Positions 49,699-59,643 of a DNA stretch of 64,000 bases are shown here, in pieces. This DNA is from Candidatus Actinomarina sp. (GTDB lineage Bacteria > Actinomycetota > Acidimicrobiia > Actinomarinales > Actinomarinaceae), in the NCBI GenBank assembly GCA_038142145.1, contig JAYQJM010000005.1, positions 8,999 to 72,998 of the forward strand, in the 5' to 3' direction. A model generated the notes under the pieces. It was not told the origin of the DNA and did no database searches. It saw only the letters and a program-made list of their open reading frames with translations. Within the stretch, counting starts at the first letter, position 1, and every line of letters starts with the position of its first letter. Both the position numbers and the translations under genes were made by a program.

Positions 49699-49780
49699 GC
49701 ATTTTGAGAGGTTAACTCCTCAGCAACCTGGAAGGCTATCCAAGGTGCTAAAACGATGCGGCACTCTGCAAAAAATAGCC
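49699..49780 (+). promoter_or_regulatory. SAM-I/IV variant riboswitch
   Basis: P1 GCATT/GATGC; GAG; P2 AGG/CCT; core GCAACC...AGGTGC; P3 TGGA/TCCA whose loop GGCTA can pair with downstream TAGCC (pseudoknot); short P5 GCA/TGC; sits upstream of metF-metE-metK. Confidence 0.88.
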
Positions 49781-49805
49781 AAAAGTCAAAATGCATTATT
49801 TAATT

Positions 49806-50699
49806 ATGGTATTTGGCAAAAATTTAGAATTATCGTTTGAGTTTTTTCCTCCGAGAAACGAGAGGGAGTACAAAACCTATGAAAAAACTGTTCAAAAACT
49901 GGCACAATATAATCCTAAATTCGTCTCATACACAGATGGTGCTGGCTTTTCAAAAAATAGAGAAATTATTGAATCAGTTGAAATTTTAAGACAATATATG
50001 TCTCCTGAAGTTGTTGCTCATATAACAAGTTGTGACAAAACTAAAAGTGATGTTGATGTTATTTTGAATAAATATATTGAAAATAAGATTGAATCTTTTT
50101 TAATCATTAGAGGTGATTGTCCTAGAGATGAATTTCTTATGGATTTAGAGGATTTTGACGAAAATAATTCAGATTTTGAACATGCAAATGATCTCATTAA
50201 GTACATGTTTAAAAAAGGATATAAAAACTTAGGATTTGGTTGCTTTCCTACTGGTCATCCTGAAGATAAAAATTTAGAAGAGACTATGAACACATTCAAT
50301 CTAAAAGTGAAATCTGGTGGAAATTTTTCTGCTACCCAATTGTTTTTTGATTTTGATGATTATAAAAAATTTCATGAAAACGCTAATGGAAAAAATATTA
50401 ATGTCCCAATATATGCAGGAATCATGCCTCTAGTTAGTTTTGAACAAGCCAAGAGATTTGCGAAAGTTTGTGATATTTCTTTACCAGAGAGTTTAAATGA
50501 AGGTTTTGCTAGTTGTAATACTATTGAAGAAGAGCGTGAATTTGGAATTAAGTTTATTGCTGATCTATGTGATGAGTTGATTAAATATGGTGCTGACGGA
50601 TTACATTTTTATACTCTTAATAGATACAAAGCATTTAGTGATATTTATAAATTAATTAAAAATAAGGATTCTTTAAACAAAGGAGAAGTAAGAATATGA
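49806..50699 (+). CDS. metF: 5,10-methylenetetrahydrofolate reductase
   Basis: SFEFFPP, AHIT, IRGD, FPTGHP, TQLFFD, GIMP, LHFYTLN; start 49791 or 49806. Confidence 0.93.
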   Translation: MVFGKNLELSFEFFPPRNEREYKTYEKTVQKLAQYNPKFVSYTDGAGFSKNREIIESVEILRQYMSPEVVAHITSCDKTKSDVDVILNKYIENKIESFLIIRGDCPRDEFLMDLEDFDENNSDFEHANDLIKYMFKKGYKNLGFGCFPTGHPEDKNLEETMNTFNLKVKSGGNFSATQLFFDFDDYKKFHENANGKNINVPIYAGIMPLVSFEQAKRFAKVCDISLPESLNEGFASCNTIEEEREFGIKFIADLCDELIKYGADGLHFYTLNRYKAFSDIYKLIKNKDSLNKGEVRI

Positions 50700-52958
50700 A
50701 AGTTGATATTTCAGTAGTTGGTTATCCACGTGTTGGAAACAAAAGACAATATAAGTGGGCAGTAGAAAAATTCTGGAGGTCCGAAATAACTCTTGAGGAA
50801 TTAGTTTCCAAATCTGACGAATTAATATCTAATAATTGGGATATTCAAAATGATAGTGGCATAAACAAAGTCCTTATAGGAGATTTTTCATTCTACGATC
50901 AAGTATTGGACACAGCTACACACCTAGGTATACCTCAAAAGAGATTTGGATATACAAACCATACAGATTTTGACTCTTACTTCAAAGCATCAAGAGGCGG
51001 AGAAGTGAATGGTAAAAATGAATCCCCTCTAGAAATGACAAAGTGGTTTGATACCAACTACCACTACCTAGTCTCTGAAATAAATTGGGATTTAGAGTTT
51101 AATCCTTCTGCTGCAAGGTTTAGTCATGAATTAGAATTAGCTTCTGAGAAAGACTTAGATGTAATTCCAAAGATTATTGGTCCAACTACATTTTTAACTC
51201 TTTGTAAAGAAAATGAATTAGATCAAAGCAAAAAAGATAAAGTCTTAAATGCTTATTTGAATTTATTCACTCAGCTAAAAGATTTAGGCTTAACTGAAAT
51301 TTTAATTGATGAAGGGATCTCTTGGTGTTGGTAGCCATAGCTTTTCCAAGGACACTTTTGATGTTTTTAAAGCGTTAGTCGAAAACTCTCCATTGGAAAT
51401 TCATTTATTTGGTTATTTTGGCAAATATGATGGAATCTTAGATGAGGTATTGAATTCTAATATTAGCTCTATTCATTTAGACCTTTGTTATGAAGGCTTT
51501 ACAGATGAAGAAATTGTTCAAATAGCTTCTAAAAAAGAAGTTCAACTTGGAGTACTAAGTGGAAGAACAATTTGGAAGAGTAATTTAGTAGATATATTTG
51601 ATAGAATCTCAGATTTAAATCTAAATGAATTCAGCATTTCAACATCATGTTCTTTATTACATGTTCCATATAGCTTGAAAGAAGAAGACTCTTTGAACAC
51701 TGATTTAAAGAATATACTTTCTTTTGCAGAAGAAAAATTAAATGAGTTACTTTTATTGAAAAATTCACTTGAAAGCAATGTGAAAAGCGAAGATTTAGTT
51801 TCATATGAAAAAGTTAGAGACGATTCTGACAAAGCTTTACTTGGAAGAAAAGTTGAGACTGTACGAAATAGAGTTTCTTCTTTAACTGAAGAGTCTTTTG
51901 AAAGAAAAACAATTAGAGAAGAAAGATTAGAGTTACAATCTAGTGAGTTAAATATTCCTACTTTTCCAACGACTACTATTGGTTCATTTCCTCAAACAGG
52001 AGACACTAGAACTTTAAGAAAACAATTTAAATCTAATGAGATTTCAGAATCAGAATATGAAGATGGAATAAAAGAAATTATTAAAGAAACTGTTGAGATT
52101 CAAGAAGAGTTAGGTTTAGATATCTTAGTTCATGGTGAAGCTGAGAGAAATGATATGGTGGAGTATTTTGGTGAGCTTCTTGAAGGATTTGCATTCTCTA
52201 AGTTTGGATGGGTACAAAGCTATGGAAGTAGATGTGTAAAACCACCAATTATTTTTGGAGATGTTTACAGAAAAGAAGCTATGACGGTTAATTGGTCTTC
52301 CTATGCTCAAAGCTTGACTGATAAAAGAATGAAAGGAATGTTAACTGGACCTGTGACTATTCTCCAGTGGAGCTTTTATAGAGATGATATTTCTAAAAAA
52401 GAAGTTGCTTATCAAATTGGTTTAGCGCTTAGAGACGAAGTGCTTGACCTTGAAAAAAATGATATAAAGATTATTCAAATTGACGAACCTGCCATTAGAG
52501 AAGGCTTGCCACTGAATCCAAAATTCAAACAAGAGTATTTGGAATGGGCGGTAAATTCTTTCAAGCTTTCTCAAGCAGGCGTAGAGGATTCAACTCAAAT
52601 CCATTCTCACATGTGCTATTCAGAATTTGATGAAATATTGGATGCAATTAACGCTCTTGATGTTGATGTGTTGTCGATTGAAGCATCAAGAAGTGGAATG
52701 GATTTGGTTAATCCAACACTTAAGGAAAAATACAAAGGAGCTGTAGGTCCTGGTGTGTATGATATCCACTCTCCATTAGTTCTAGAATATGAAGACGCAC
52801 TTCAGAGAATTCAGCAATTAGCTAAAAGTTTGGATGTAAAGAATATTTGGATAAATCCAGATTGTGGTTTAAAAACAAGGAATTGGAAGGAAGTAAAGGA
52901 GAGTTTAGCAAATATGATCAAAGCAAATAATGATGTAAAGGAGACAATTTTAAAATGA
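50696..52958 (+). CDS. metE: Cobalamin-independent methionine synthase, split by one frameshift
   Basis: GYPRVG, DFSFYDQVLD, EMTKWFDTNYHY in the first ORF; PTTTIGSFPQ, HGEAERNDMV, HSHMCYSE, WINPDCGLKTR in the second. Deleting one G at 51314-51316 joins them (IDE-GSLGV). Confidence 0.93.
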
Positions 52959-54043
52959 CAAATTTTAGAACTGCAGAAACTGTTTCACCTGGACATCCAG
53001 ACAAAATAGCTGACTTAATTTCAGACCATGTTTTAACAAATGCACTTAAAACAAATAAAAAATCAAAAGTGGCAGTTGAAACTTTTCTTACTGGAACAAA
53101 AGAAGGAGGACTTGTTGTTGTTGGTGGTGAAATCAGTGATATTGCTGAAATTACTGATGACAAAGTTAATGCAATTGTTAAGGATGCATTATCAAAAACT
53201 ATAAAAACAAGTTTTGAAGATTTTGATTTAGACAATTTAAATATCATGAATGTTCTTACTCCTCAATCAGAAGAAATTAGATCAGCTGTTGAAGATGATG
53301 AAGACCTAGGTGCAGGTGATCAAGGAATAATGGTAGGTTTTGCATCTGATGAAACAGATAGTAAATTACCTAAAACTTTTGACTACTCAAGACAAATCCA
53401 AAAAGAGCTGTGGGATTTACAGCATTCATCAGCACAGCTAGATCTTGACTCCAAAGTACAGGTTACTACCGGAGGAGATGTAGTAAAAGTTGTTGTTTCT
53501 ACTCAACATCAAAAAGATATTGATTTAGCAAACTTATTTGAAGAAGTTTCAAGTATTGTTTCAGAAATAATAAGTGAAGAGTTTAAATTAGACTTGAATC
53601 CCTCTGGTTCTTTCGTAAAAGGCGGACCGGCTGGTGATACTGGATTGACTGGTAGGAAAATAGTTGTCGATGCTTATGGTCCTACAGTACCTGTAGGAGG
53701 TGGAGCTTTTTCAGGGAAAGATCCAAGTAAGGTAGATAGGTCAGCAGCTTATGCAGCAAGACATCTTGCAAAAAATATTGTCGATCACGGGCTTTCTAAA
53801 AAATGTCTTGTAAGAGTTTCGTATGCTATTGGAAAAGCAGAACCTTATGAATTAACTGTCGATACATTTAATACATTAAATGTAGATGAGAGCGTTCTTA
53901 ATGATTTTGTATCTAAATTTGATATGAAACCAGGTGCAATAATTGAAAGGCTAAATCTCCTTGATGTTGATTACACAACAGATACATTATTTTCTCATTT
54001 TGGCACTGAAGGTCGTAACTGGGAACAAAAAGAAGATATCTAA
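52955..54043 (+). CDS. metK: S-adenosylmethionine synthetase
   Basis: GHPDK, GAGDQG, GGPAGDTGLTGRKI, GGGAFSGKDPSKVDRS. Confidence 0.96.
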   Translation: MTNFRTAETVSPGHPDKIADLISDHVLTNALKTNKKSKVAVETFLTGTKEGGLVVVGGEISDIAEITDDKVNAIVKDALSKTIKTSFEDFDLDNLNIMNVLTPQSEEIRSAVEDDEDLGAGDQGIMVGFASDETDSKLPKTFDYSRQIQKELWDLQHSSAQLDLDSKVQVTTGGDVVKVVVSTQHQKDIDLANLFEEVSSIVSEIISEEFKLDLNPSGSFVKGGPAGDTGLTGRKIVVDAYGPTVPVGGGAFSGKDPSKVDRSAAYAARHLAKNIVDHGLSKKCLVRVSYAIGKAEPYELTVDTFNTLNVDESVLNDFVSKFDMKPGAIIERLNLLDVDYTTDTLFSHFGTEGRNWEQKEDI

Positions 54044-54071
54044 GTTCGCGAAAAATAGATTAGTAAATATC

Positions 54072-54100
54072 TTGCATCAATAGAAAATCTGATGTAAATT
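54072..54100 (+). promoter_or_regulatory. Sigma-70 promoter TTGCAT-N17-TAAATT
   Basis: -35 at 54072-54077 and -10 at 54095-54100 with 17-bp spacing. Confidence 0.6.
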
Positions 54101-54106
54101 TATTAA

Positions 54107-54196
54107 ACACTATCGGAAAAGAAATCGAAAGATAGAAAAGAAGATAGAACAGAAAATCCCGAAAGGTCGCAAGATCAGTCGGGATTTTTGCTTTTT
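54107..54196 (+). ncRNA. Candidate small structured RNA or attenuator, family unknown
   Basis: Lies between that promoter and a terminator; hairpins ATC-GAAA-GAT and GGTC-GCAA-GATC with GNRA loops; CTATC/GATAG pairing; no ORF. Confidence 0.5.
54152..54196 (+). terminator. Intrinsic terminator with internal GNRA hairpin
   Basis: GAAAATCCCGA...TCGGGATTTTT stem followed by GCTTTTT. Confidence 0.7.
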
Positions 54197-54214
54197 ATAG
54201 AGTAAATTAAAAGT

Positions 54215-55060
54215 ATGGAATTATACATAGTAGATGGTACATACGAGTTGTTTCGTGCACACTTTGGATACCCAAGTAGAACTTCTCCTACTGGTCAAGA
54301 AGTTGGTGCTTTAAAAGGTTATATTAACCACCTACAATCTTTGCAAAAGAAATACTCTTACCTTGCAGTATGTTTTGATTCTACAGTTGAATCTTTCAGA
54401 AATGATTTATATGTAGATTACAAATCAAGCAAGGGAATTGAAGAGGAAGTTCTTAACCAATTCTCATTAACCGAAGAGGTAACTAAATTATTGGGAATTC
54501 AGTTAATTGCAACAAAAGAGTTTGAGGCTGATGATGCCATTGCGTCAATTTGTGAAAACTTTAAGAATTCAAAAATAAAAATTGTTATAGGTTCATTAGA
54601 TAAAGACCTAATGCAGTGTGTTGATGATGAAAAAATTGTAATGTATTCAACTAGGTACAAAAAATTTACAAACGCAGATGGTGTTTACGAAAAGTTTGGG
54701 ATACATCCATTTCAAATTCCTGATTTTTTAGCTTTGACAGGTGATTCCTCTGACGGGATACCAGGAATAAAAGGAGTTGGACAAGTAACAGCATCAAAAT
54801 TGCTTTCAGAATTCGAAAATATTGAGAACATAATTGAAAATTTAGATCAAATTAGATCAAATTACCGAGGTGGTGAAAAATTAGTTGATAATATCTCACA
54901 AAACATTAAAGACCTTAAATTATTTAAAACTTTAACAACCTTGAGAAAGGATGTAGATATACCAAAAAAAATAGAAATGTATGAACTACAAAATATAAAT
55001 GAAAAAAAGCTAGATGAGTTTTCAAAATTACATAATTTAAATATAAACATTGCAAAATAG
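54215..55060 (+). CDS. Stand-alone 5'-3' exonuclease/flap endonuclease
   Basis: IVDG, FRN.LY..YK, EADD, DKDL.Q, ALTGDSSDGIPGIKGVG..TA; no polymerase domain. Confidence 0.92.
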   Translation: MELYIVDGTYELFRAHFGYPSRTSPTGQEVGALKGYINHLQSLQKKYSYLAVCFDSTVESFRNDLYVDYKSSKGIEEEVLNQFSLTEEVTKLLGIQLIATKEFEADDAIASICENFKNSKIKIVIGSLDKDLMQCVDDEKIVMYSTRYKKFTNADGVYEKFGIHPFQIPDFLALTGDSSDGIPGIKGVGQVTASKLLSEFENIENIIENLDQIRSNYRGGEKLVDNISQNIKDLKLFKTLTTLRKDVDIPKKIEMYELQNINEKKLDEFSKLHNLNINIAK

Positions 55061-55145
55061 TGCATTTCATTGCATCACACTTAGTGAGGGCAAATAATTC
55101 ATACAAATTCTTCATATTTTACGAAAGTTTTACTACTCTCATATT

Positions 55146-55400
55146 GTGAAATTTTTAATAGCTTTATTAATGTTGTCAGTATTCATTTTGCCAGTTATGG
55201 CTTTTGCAGATGACCATGGCGATGTTCCCGTACCTGCAATTGTTATCGAAGAGGCACCTGAACAAGTAGAGGATATTGACTGGACTTATAGATTTTTGAT
55301 ACCCACAACTGTTGCAATTGCAACATTAGTAATTTTGGGGAATGTAGTTCAATACTTTCGTCAAGTTACAAGAAAAAGATACAAGGTTATAGAAAAATAA
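55146..55400 (+). CDS. Small hypothetical protein with signal peptide and one TM helix
   Basis: Signal ending AFA, acidic linker, TM, basic tail; GTG start 6 nt after TACTCT. Confidence 0.65.
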   Translation: MKFLIALLMLSVFILPVMAFADDHGDVPVPAIVIEEAPEQVEDIDWTYRFLIPTTVAIATLVILGNVVQYFRQVTRKRYKVIEK

Positions 55401-55416
55401 CTTTAATCTTATTTCT

Positions 55417-56683
55417 ATGGACTTAATAAATCAATATTTTAAAGAATATGTTATTCCTGAAAAAAAGTATGTTATTGCTTTAAGTGGTGGTGTAGATAGT
55501 GCTGTATTAGCTTTATTGGTTTCAAAACAAACAAATAATGTAAGATCAATATTTGTAAACCATAATCAGGTTGATTCGAATAACTTAGAAAAAGCAGCTG
55601 AAGCAGTTGCTAATTGTCTTAATCTTCAGCACATTAATATTTCATCAGATTTAGAGATTAATGCATCTGAAACCAAAATGAGGGAAGAGAGATACCGTGT
55701 ATTGTTTGAAAATATTTCTGAAGATGAAACTTTGTTATTTGGACATCATGGTGATGATAAAATTGAAACATTTTTTATAAACTTGCTAAGAGGTACAAGG
55801 CTCAAAGGGCTTTCTTCCATTCCATCAGAATCAAACAATTTAGAAAGACCATTGTTAAATTTTTCTAAAAAGGAAATAATTCTTCTTGCACAAGAATATG
55901 AACTACCTTATTTAGATGATGCAACAAATAATGACAATAAAATTTTACGTAATTGGTTAAGAAATGATTTGGTTCCGCAAATTAAAGATAAATTTGATGG
56001 TGATTTAAACAAAAGAATCTCAAGAATAATTAATGAAATAAACTACATAAAAACCACTAGTGGAGATTTTGAAAAATACATTAAAGTCGCTCCAGGATAT
56101 ATTGAAGTACCAATTACGTTTTTAAATTAAAAATAATCCCACTACTGATTATCTCTTAACACAAATTTCATATTTATTTGGTAATACAGGATTAGAACAA
56201 AAAGATTTTGAAAAAATATTTTCAGTTATTGAAAATAAAAACAATCTTGATTTTGATAGTGGTTGGAATATTTCAACACAAGCAGGTTTGTTGCTTTTTA
56301 TCAATACATCAAACTGGCAAATTTCAAATGAGCTATTTTGCTCAATAGGATATTTTAATTTTCAAAAAATTGAAAAAGATAAAAATTTAAATAATTGGAG
56401 TATTGAATTGCCTACTAATTTAAGAAATAAGTTGCAGTTTAATCAAATTGAACCTGGAGACAGTATTTTAATTGATGATATTGATCAAAAGGCTTCTGAG
56501 GTCTTTAGATCTTTTGGGGTAAACGAAGTACTCAGAAAAGTTTGGCCAGTCTTAAAATTAGACGACAAAATTATTTGGATTCCTGGAATAAGAAAGTCAG
56601 ATGATGTAAACAGTTTTGATTCTCATATAGAGAGTTTTATAATTAACACCTCTATAGAAAAGAGTTGTTTTGAAAATATCTAG
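55417..56683 (+). CDS. tilS: tRNA(Ile)-lysidine synthetase, split by one frameshift
   Basis: ALSGGVDS, RY, GHHGDD..ETF, RPLL, D.TN...RN.LR; removing one A at 56124-56126 gives an open frame into the C-terminal piece (WPVL...IIWIPG). Confidence 0.9.
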
Positions 56684-57182
56684 AGAATTAATATCTCAAA
56701 AAGAAATAGAAGATAAAGTAGTTGAGATAGCAAGTCAAATAAATGAAGATTACAAAGACAAAGATTTAATAATTGTAGGAATTCTCAAAGGTGCATTTAT
56801 TGTTATTAGTGATTTAGCTAAATGTTTAAATATAAATGTTTCATTTGAATTTATGAGTATCAAGTCTTATGAAGGTGCAGAATCAACTGGTCAAATCAAG
56901 ATTGATAAAGACTTAGATGTTGATATCACAGGAAAGCATATTCTTTTAGTAGAAGATATATATGATACGGGATTGACCTTGTCACATTTAGTAAATCTTT
57001 TAAACTCTCGAAATCCTGAAAGTATTGAAATATTTTGTATGTTTAAAAAATCTAAAGAAAATAGTGAACCAGTAGATATTAAATACAGTGGTTTTGAGAT
57101 TGGTCCTGAGTTTGTTGTAGGTTACGGTTTGGATTTTGATGGAAAATATAGAGAATTGCCTTATCTAGGGGTCTTAGAGTAA
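56670..57182 (+). CDS. hpt: Hypoxanthine phosphoribosyltransferase
   Basis: GILKGAF, LLVEDIYDTGLTL, FVVGYGLD...YRELP. Confidence 0.95.
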   Translation: MKISRELISQKEIEDKVVEIASQINEDYKDKDLIIVGILKGAFIVISDLAKCLNINVSFEFMSIKSYEGAESTGQIKIDKDLDVDITGKHILLVEDIYDTGLTLSHLVNLLNSRNPESIEIFCMFKKSKENSEPVDIKYSGFEIGPEFVVGYGLDFDGKYRELPYLGVLE

Positions 57183-57226
57183 AACGGTAAATACTTTTAA
57201 ACGAAACAGTATTAAATTAATTAACA

Positions 57227-59089
57227 ATGGAAAAAAATAAAAAAAGTACTGAAAAGAACAATAGAAGTTTTTTCTTATATGTTGGATTAGGCCTCTTAAT
57301 ATTTTTTGGTGTTCAACAATATAACTCCACAGTAAATGCACCTGAAAATAGGTCCTTTACAGAATTTAAAAATGAAATTTTGTCTAATAATGTCTCTGAA
57401 GCAACCATTAAAGAACAATCAAATATGGTTCAGTTTTTGTTGCTTAATGATGAAACAGTTTATCAAACAGAATATCCAGAGGGTTTTGAAGGAGAAGTAT
57501 TTCAACTCTTAGTAGATCAAGATATTATTTTAAATACTGATACAGAGCCAGCAGGGTTACAAGAATATTTCTTTGCTTTTTTACCATGGCTATTTTTGGC
57601 TGGATTTATGTTTTATATGTTTTCCCAAGTCAGATCAAATGGAAATCAGGTAATGCAATTTGGTAAATCTAAAGCTAAAGAACTCGATGAGGAAGCACCT
57701 AAAGTAACTTTTAAAGATGTAGCTGGAGTTGAAGAAGCAAAAGAAGAGTTAGAAGAAATTAAAGAATTTTTAAAATCTCCAGAAAAATTTAACAAATTAG
57801 GTGCAAAAATTCCAAAAGGAGTTCTTCTTGTAGGACCTCCTGGAACTGGAAAAACTCTCTTGGCAAAAGCTGTTGCAGGCGAAGCAGGTGTACCATTTTT
57901 TAGCATTTCTGGATCAGATTTTGTTGAGATGTTTGTAGGGGTTGGTGCAAGTAGGGTGAGAGATTTATTTAAAAAAGCCAAAGAAGCCTCACCAGCAATA
58001 ATTTTTATTGATGAAATTGATGCTGTAGGTCGAATGAGAGGTGCTGGTCTTGGTGGAGGTCATGATGAAAGAGAACAGACTTTAAATCAACTTCTGGTAG
58101 AAATGGATGGTTTTGAATCAAATGTTGGAGTTATACTAATGGCTGCCTCAAACAGACCAGATGTATTAGACCCAGCACTGTTAAGACCAGGAAGATTTGA
58201 TAGACAGGTAATTGTTGGAAGACCTGATTTAGCTGGAAGAACTCAAATTTTAAAAGTACATGCAAAAGATAAACCTTTTGCAAAAAATGTAAATTTTGAA
58301 ACAGTTGCAAAACAAACACCGGGGTTTACTGGTGCTGATTTAGCTAATTTATTAAATGAAGCAGCTTTGCTTGCAGCTAGAAAAAATAAAAAAACTATCA
58401 GTTCAACTGATATAGAAAATTCAATAGATAGGGTTATGGCGGGTCCTGAAAAGAAAAGTCAAGTTTTAACAGAGGAAGAAAAATTAATAATTGCTTATCA
58501 TGAAACAGGTCATGCACTCGTTGGTTGGGCTTTACCAAATGCTGATCCTATCCATAAAGTAACAATCATTCCGAGAGGAAGAGCTTTGGGTTATACACAA
58601 GCACTTCCTGAGAGTGAAAAATATTTATCATCTAAAGCTGAGTTGAAAGATAGATTAGCAATGCTCATGGGAGGAAGAGTTGCAGAGGAGTTAATTTTTG
58701 CTGACCCCACAACTGGTGCTTCAAATGATATTGAGAAAGCTACCGAAATAGCAAGAAGAATGGTAATGGAGTTTGGAATGAGTGAAAAGCTTGGCCCTAT
58801 GCTTTACGGAAAAGGTTCAAATGAAGTATTTTTAGGTAGAGATTATGGAAGACAACAAGACTATTCGGATGAAGTTGCTTCCTCAATTGATGAAGAGGTT
58901 AGAGCATTGCTTAATGATGCACACTTAATAGCAAATAAAATTCTTAAAAAATTCAAAAAACAAATGGAAGCAATGGTCCAGTTGTTGATGGAAAAAGAAA
59001 CAATTAATAAAGATGAAGTTGCTGAAGTGTTTAAGACAATAAAAAAAGTTTCAATTAAAGGTACTGGAAAAACACTCAAATTAGCATAA
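57227..59089 (+). CDS. ftsH: ATP-dependent zinc metalloprotease FtsH
   Basis: Two TMs, [27 protein letters not shown]. Confidence 0.98.
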   Translation: MEKNKKSTEKNNRSFFLYVGLGLLIFFGVQQYNSTVNAPENRSFTEFKNEILSNNVSEATIKEQSNMVQFLLLNDETVYQTEYPEGFEGEVFQLLVDQDIILNTDTEPAGLQEYFFAFLPWLFLAGFMFYMFSQVRSNGNQVMQFGKSKAKELDEEAPKVTFKDVAGVEEAKEELEEIKEFLKSPEKFNKLGAKIPKGVLLVGPPGTGKTLLAKAVAGEAGVPFFSISGSDFVEMFVGVGASRVRDLFKKAKEASPAIIFIDEIDAVGRMRGAGLGGGHDEREQTLNQLLVEMDGFESNVGVILMAASNRPDVLDPALLRPGRFDRQVIVGRPDLAGRTQILKVHAKDKPFAKNVNFETVAKQTPGFTGADLANLLNEAALLAARKNKKTISSTDIENSIDRVMAGPEKKSQVLTEEEKLIIAYHETGHALVGWALPNADPIHKVTIIPRGRALGYTQALPESEKYLSSKAELKDRLAMLMGGRVAEELIFADPTTGASNDIEKATEIARRMVMEFGMSEKLGPMLYGKGSNEVFLGRDYGRQQDYSDEVASSIDEEVRALLNDAHLIANKILKKFKKQMEAMVQLLMEKETINKDEVAEVFKTIKKVSIKGTGKTLKLA

Positions 59090-59643
59090 TGGAAAAAAAC
59101 CAATCTATTTCTACAGATGTAACAACAGCTCTTGGTGAATATCTTGAATCGTTAGCTGAACTAGATACTGTCGAAGCTCAAAAAATTGCAGAAAAGTTTT
59201 TATTTCAAATTAAAAATAAAATACAAGTAATTGAAAACCTTGGTTTTGACTCGATTAAATCAATATCACATGATCAGCCAGTGTATTTAAATGGTATAAA
59301 ATTTATTAGTTTATGTGAGCACCATTTAATGCCTTTTTATGGCTCAGTAAATTTAGCTATATACCCAAATAATAAAATCGCAGGTATATCCAAGTTTTCA
59401 GAATTAATTTTAAAATTATCAAATAAATTAAATTTACAAGAAACTTTTGGAAAAGAGATTGTGGAAGTTTTATCAAACTCACTAGATCCAAAAGGTGTTT
59501 TTGTTCAAATAACTGCAACACATTTATGCTCAGATATTACAGATGTAAGAACTGCAAGTGGTGAGGTAGTTACAACTTACTCTTCTGGTATTTATGAATT
59601 AGATCACACACTAAGAGCTGAAGCTTTATCGAATTTTAAATAA
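59089..59643 (+). CDS. folE: GTP cyclohydrolase I-like protein (divergent)
   Basis: SLCEHHLMPF.G, GISK, QE, HLC; located between ftsH and folP. Confidence 0.82.
   Translation: MEKNQSISTDVTTALGEYLESLAELDTVEAQKIAEKFLFQIKNKIQVIENLGFDSIKSISHDQPVYLNGIKFISLCEHHLMPFYGSVNLAIYPNNKIAGISKFSELILKLSNKLNLQETFGKEIVEVLSNSLDPKGVFVQITATHLCSDITDVRTASGEVVTTYSSGIYELDHTLRAEALSNFK

Noticed and set aside
51306-51334. Programmed frameshift or genuine two-gene split of metE
   Set aside because: No slippery heptamer or stimulatory structure; the break is mid-domain and matches the same error pattern as gnd and tilS.
54110-54150. CRISPR-like or tandem repeat array, or a known riboswitch such as c-di-GMP-I
   Set aside because: The repeats are only 7-8 nt, occur twice and have no spacers; the conserved core of known riboswitches was not recognisable.
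55070-55093. Weak hairpin TTGC-TCAC...GTGA-GCAA after the exonuclease gene
   Set aside because: Short and interrupted with no U-tract; not enough to call a terminator or RNA.
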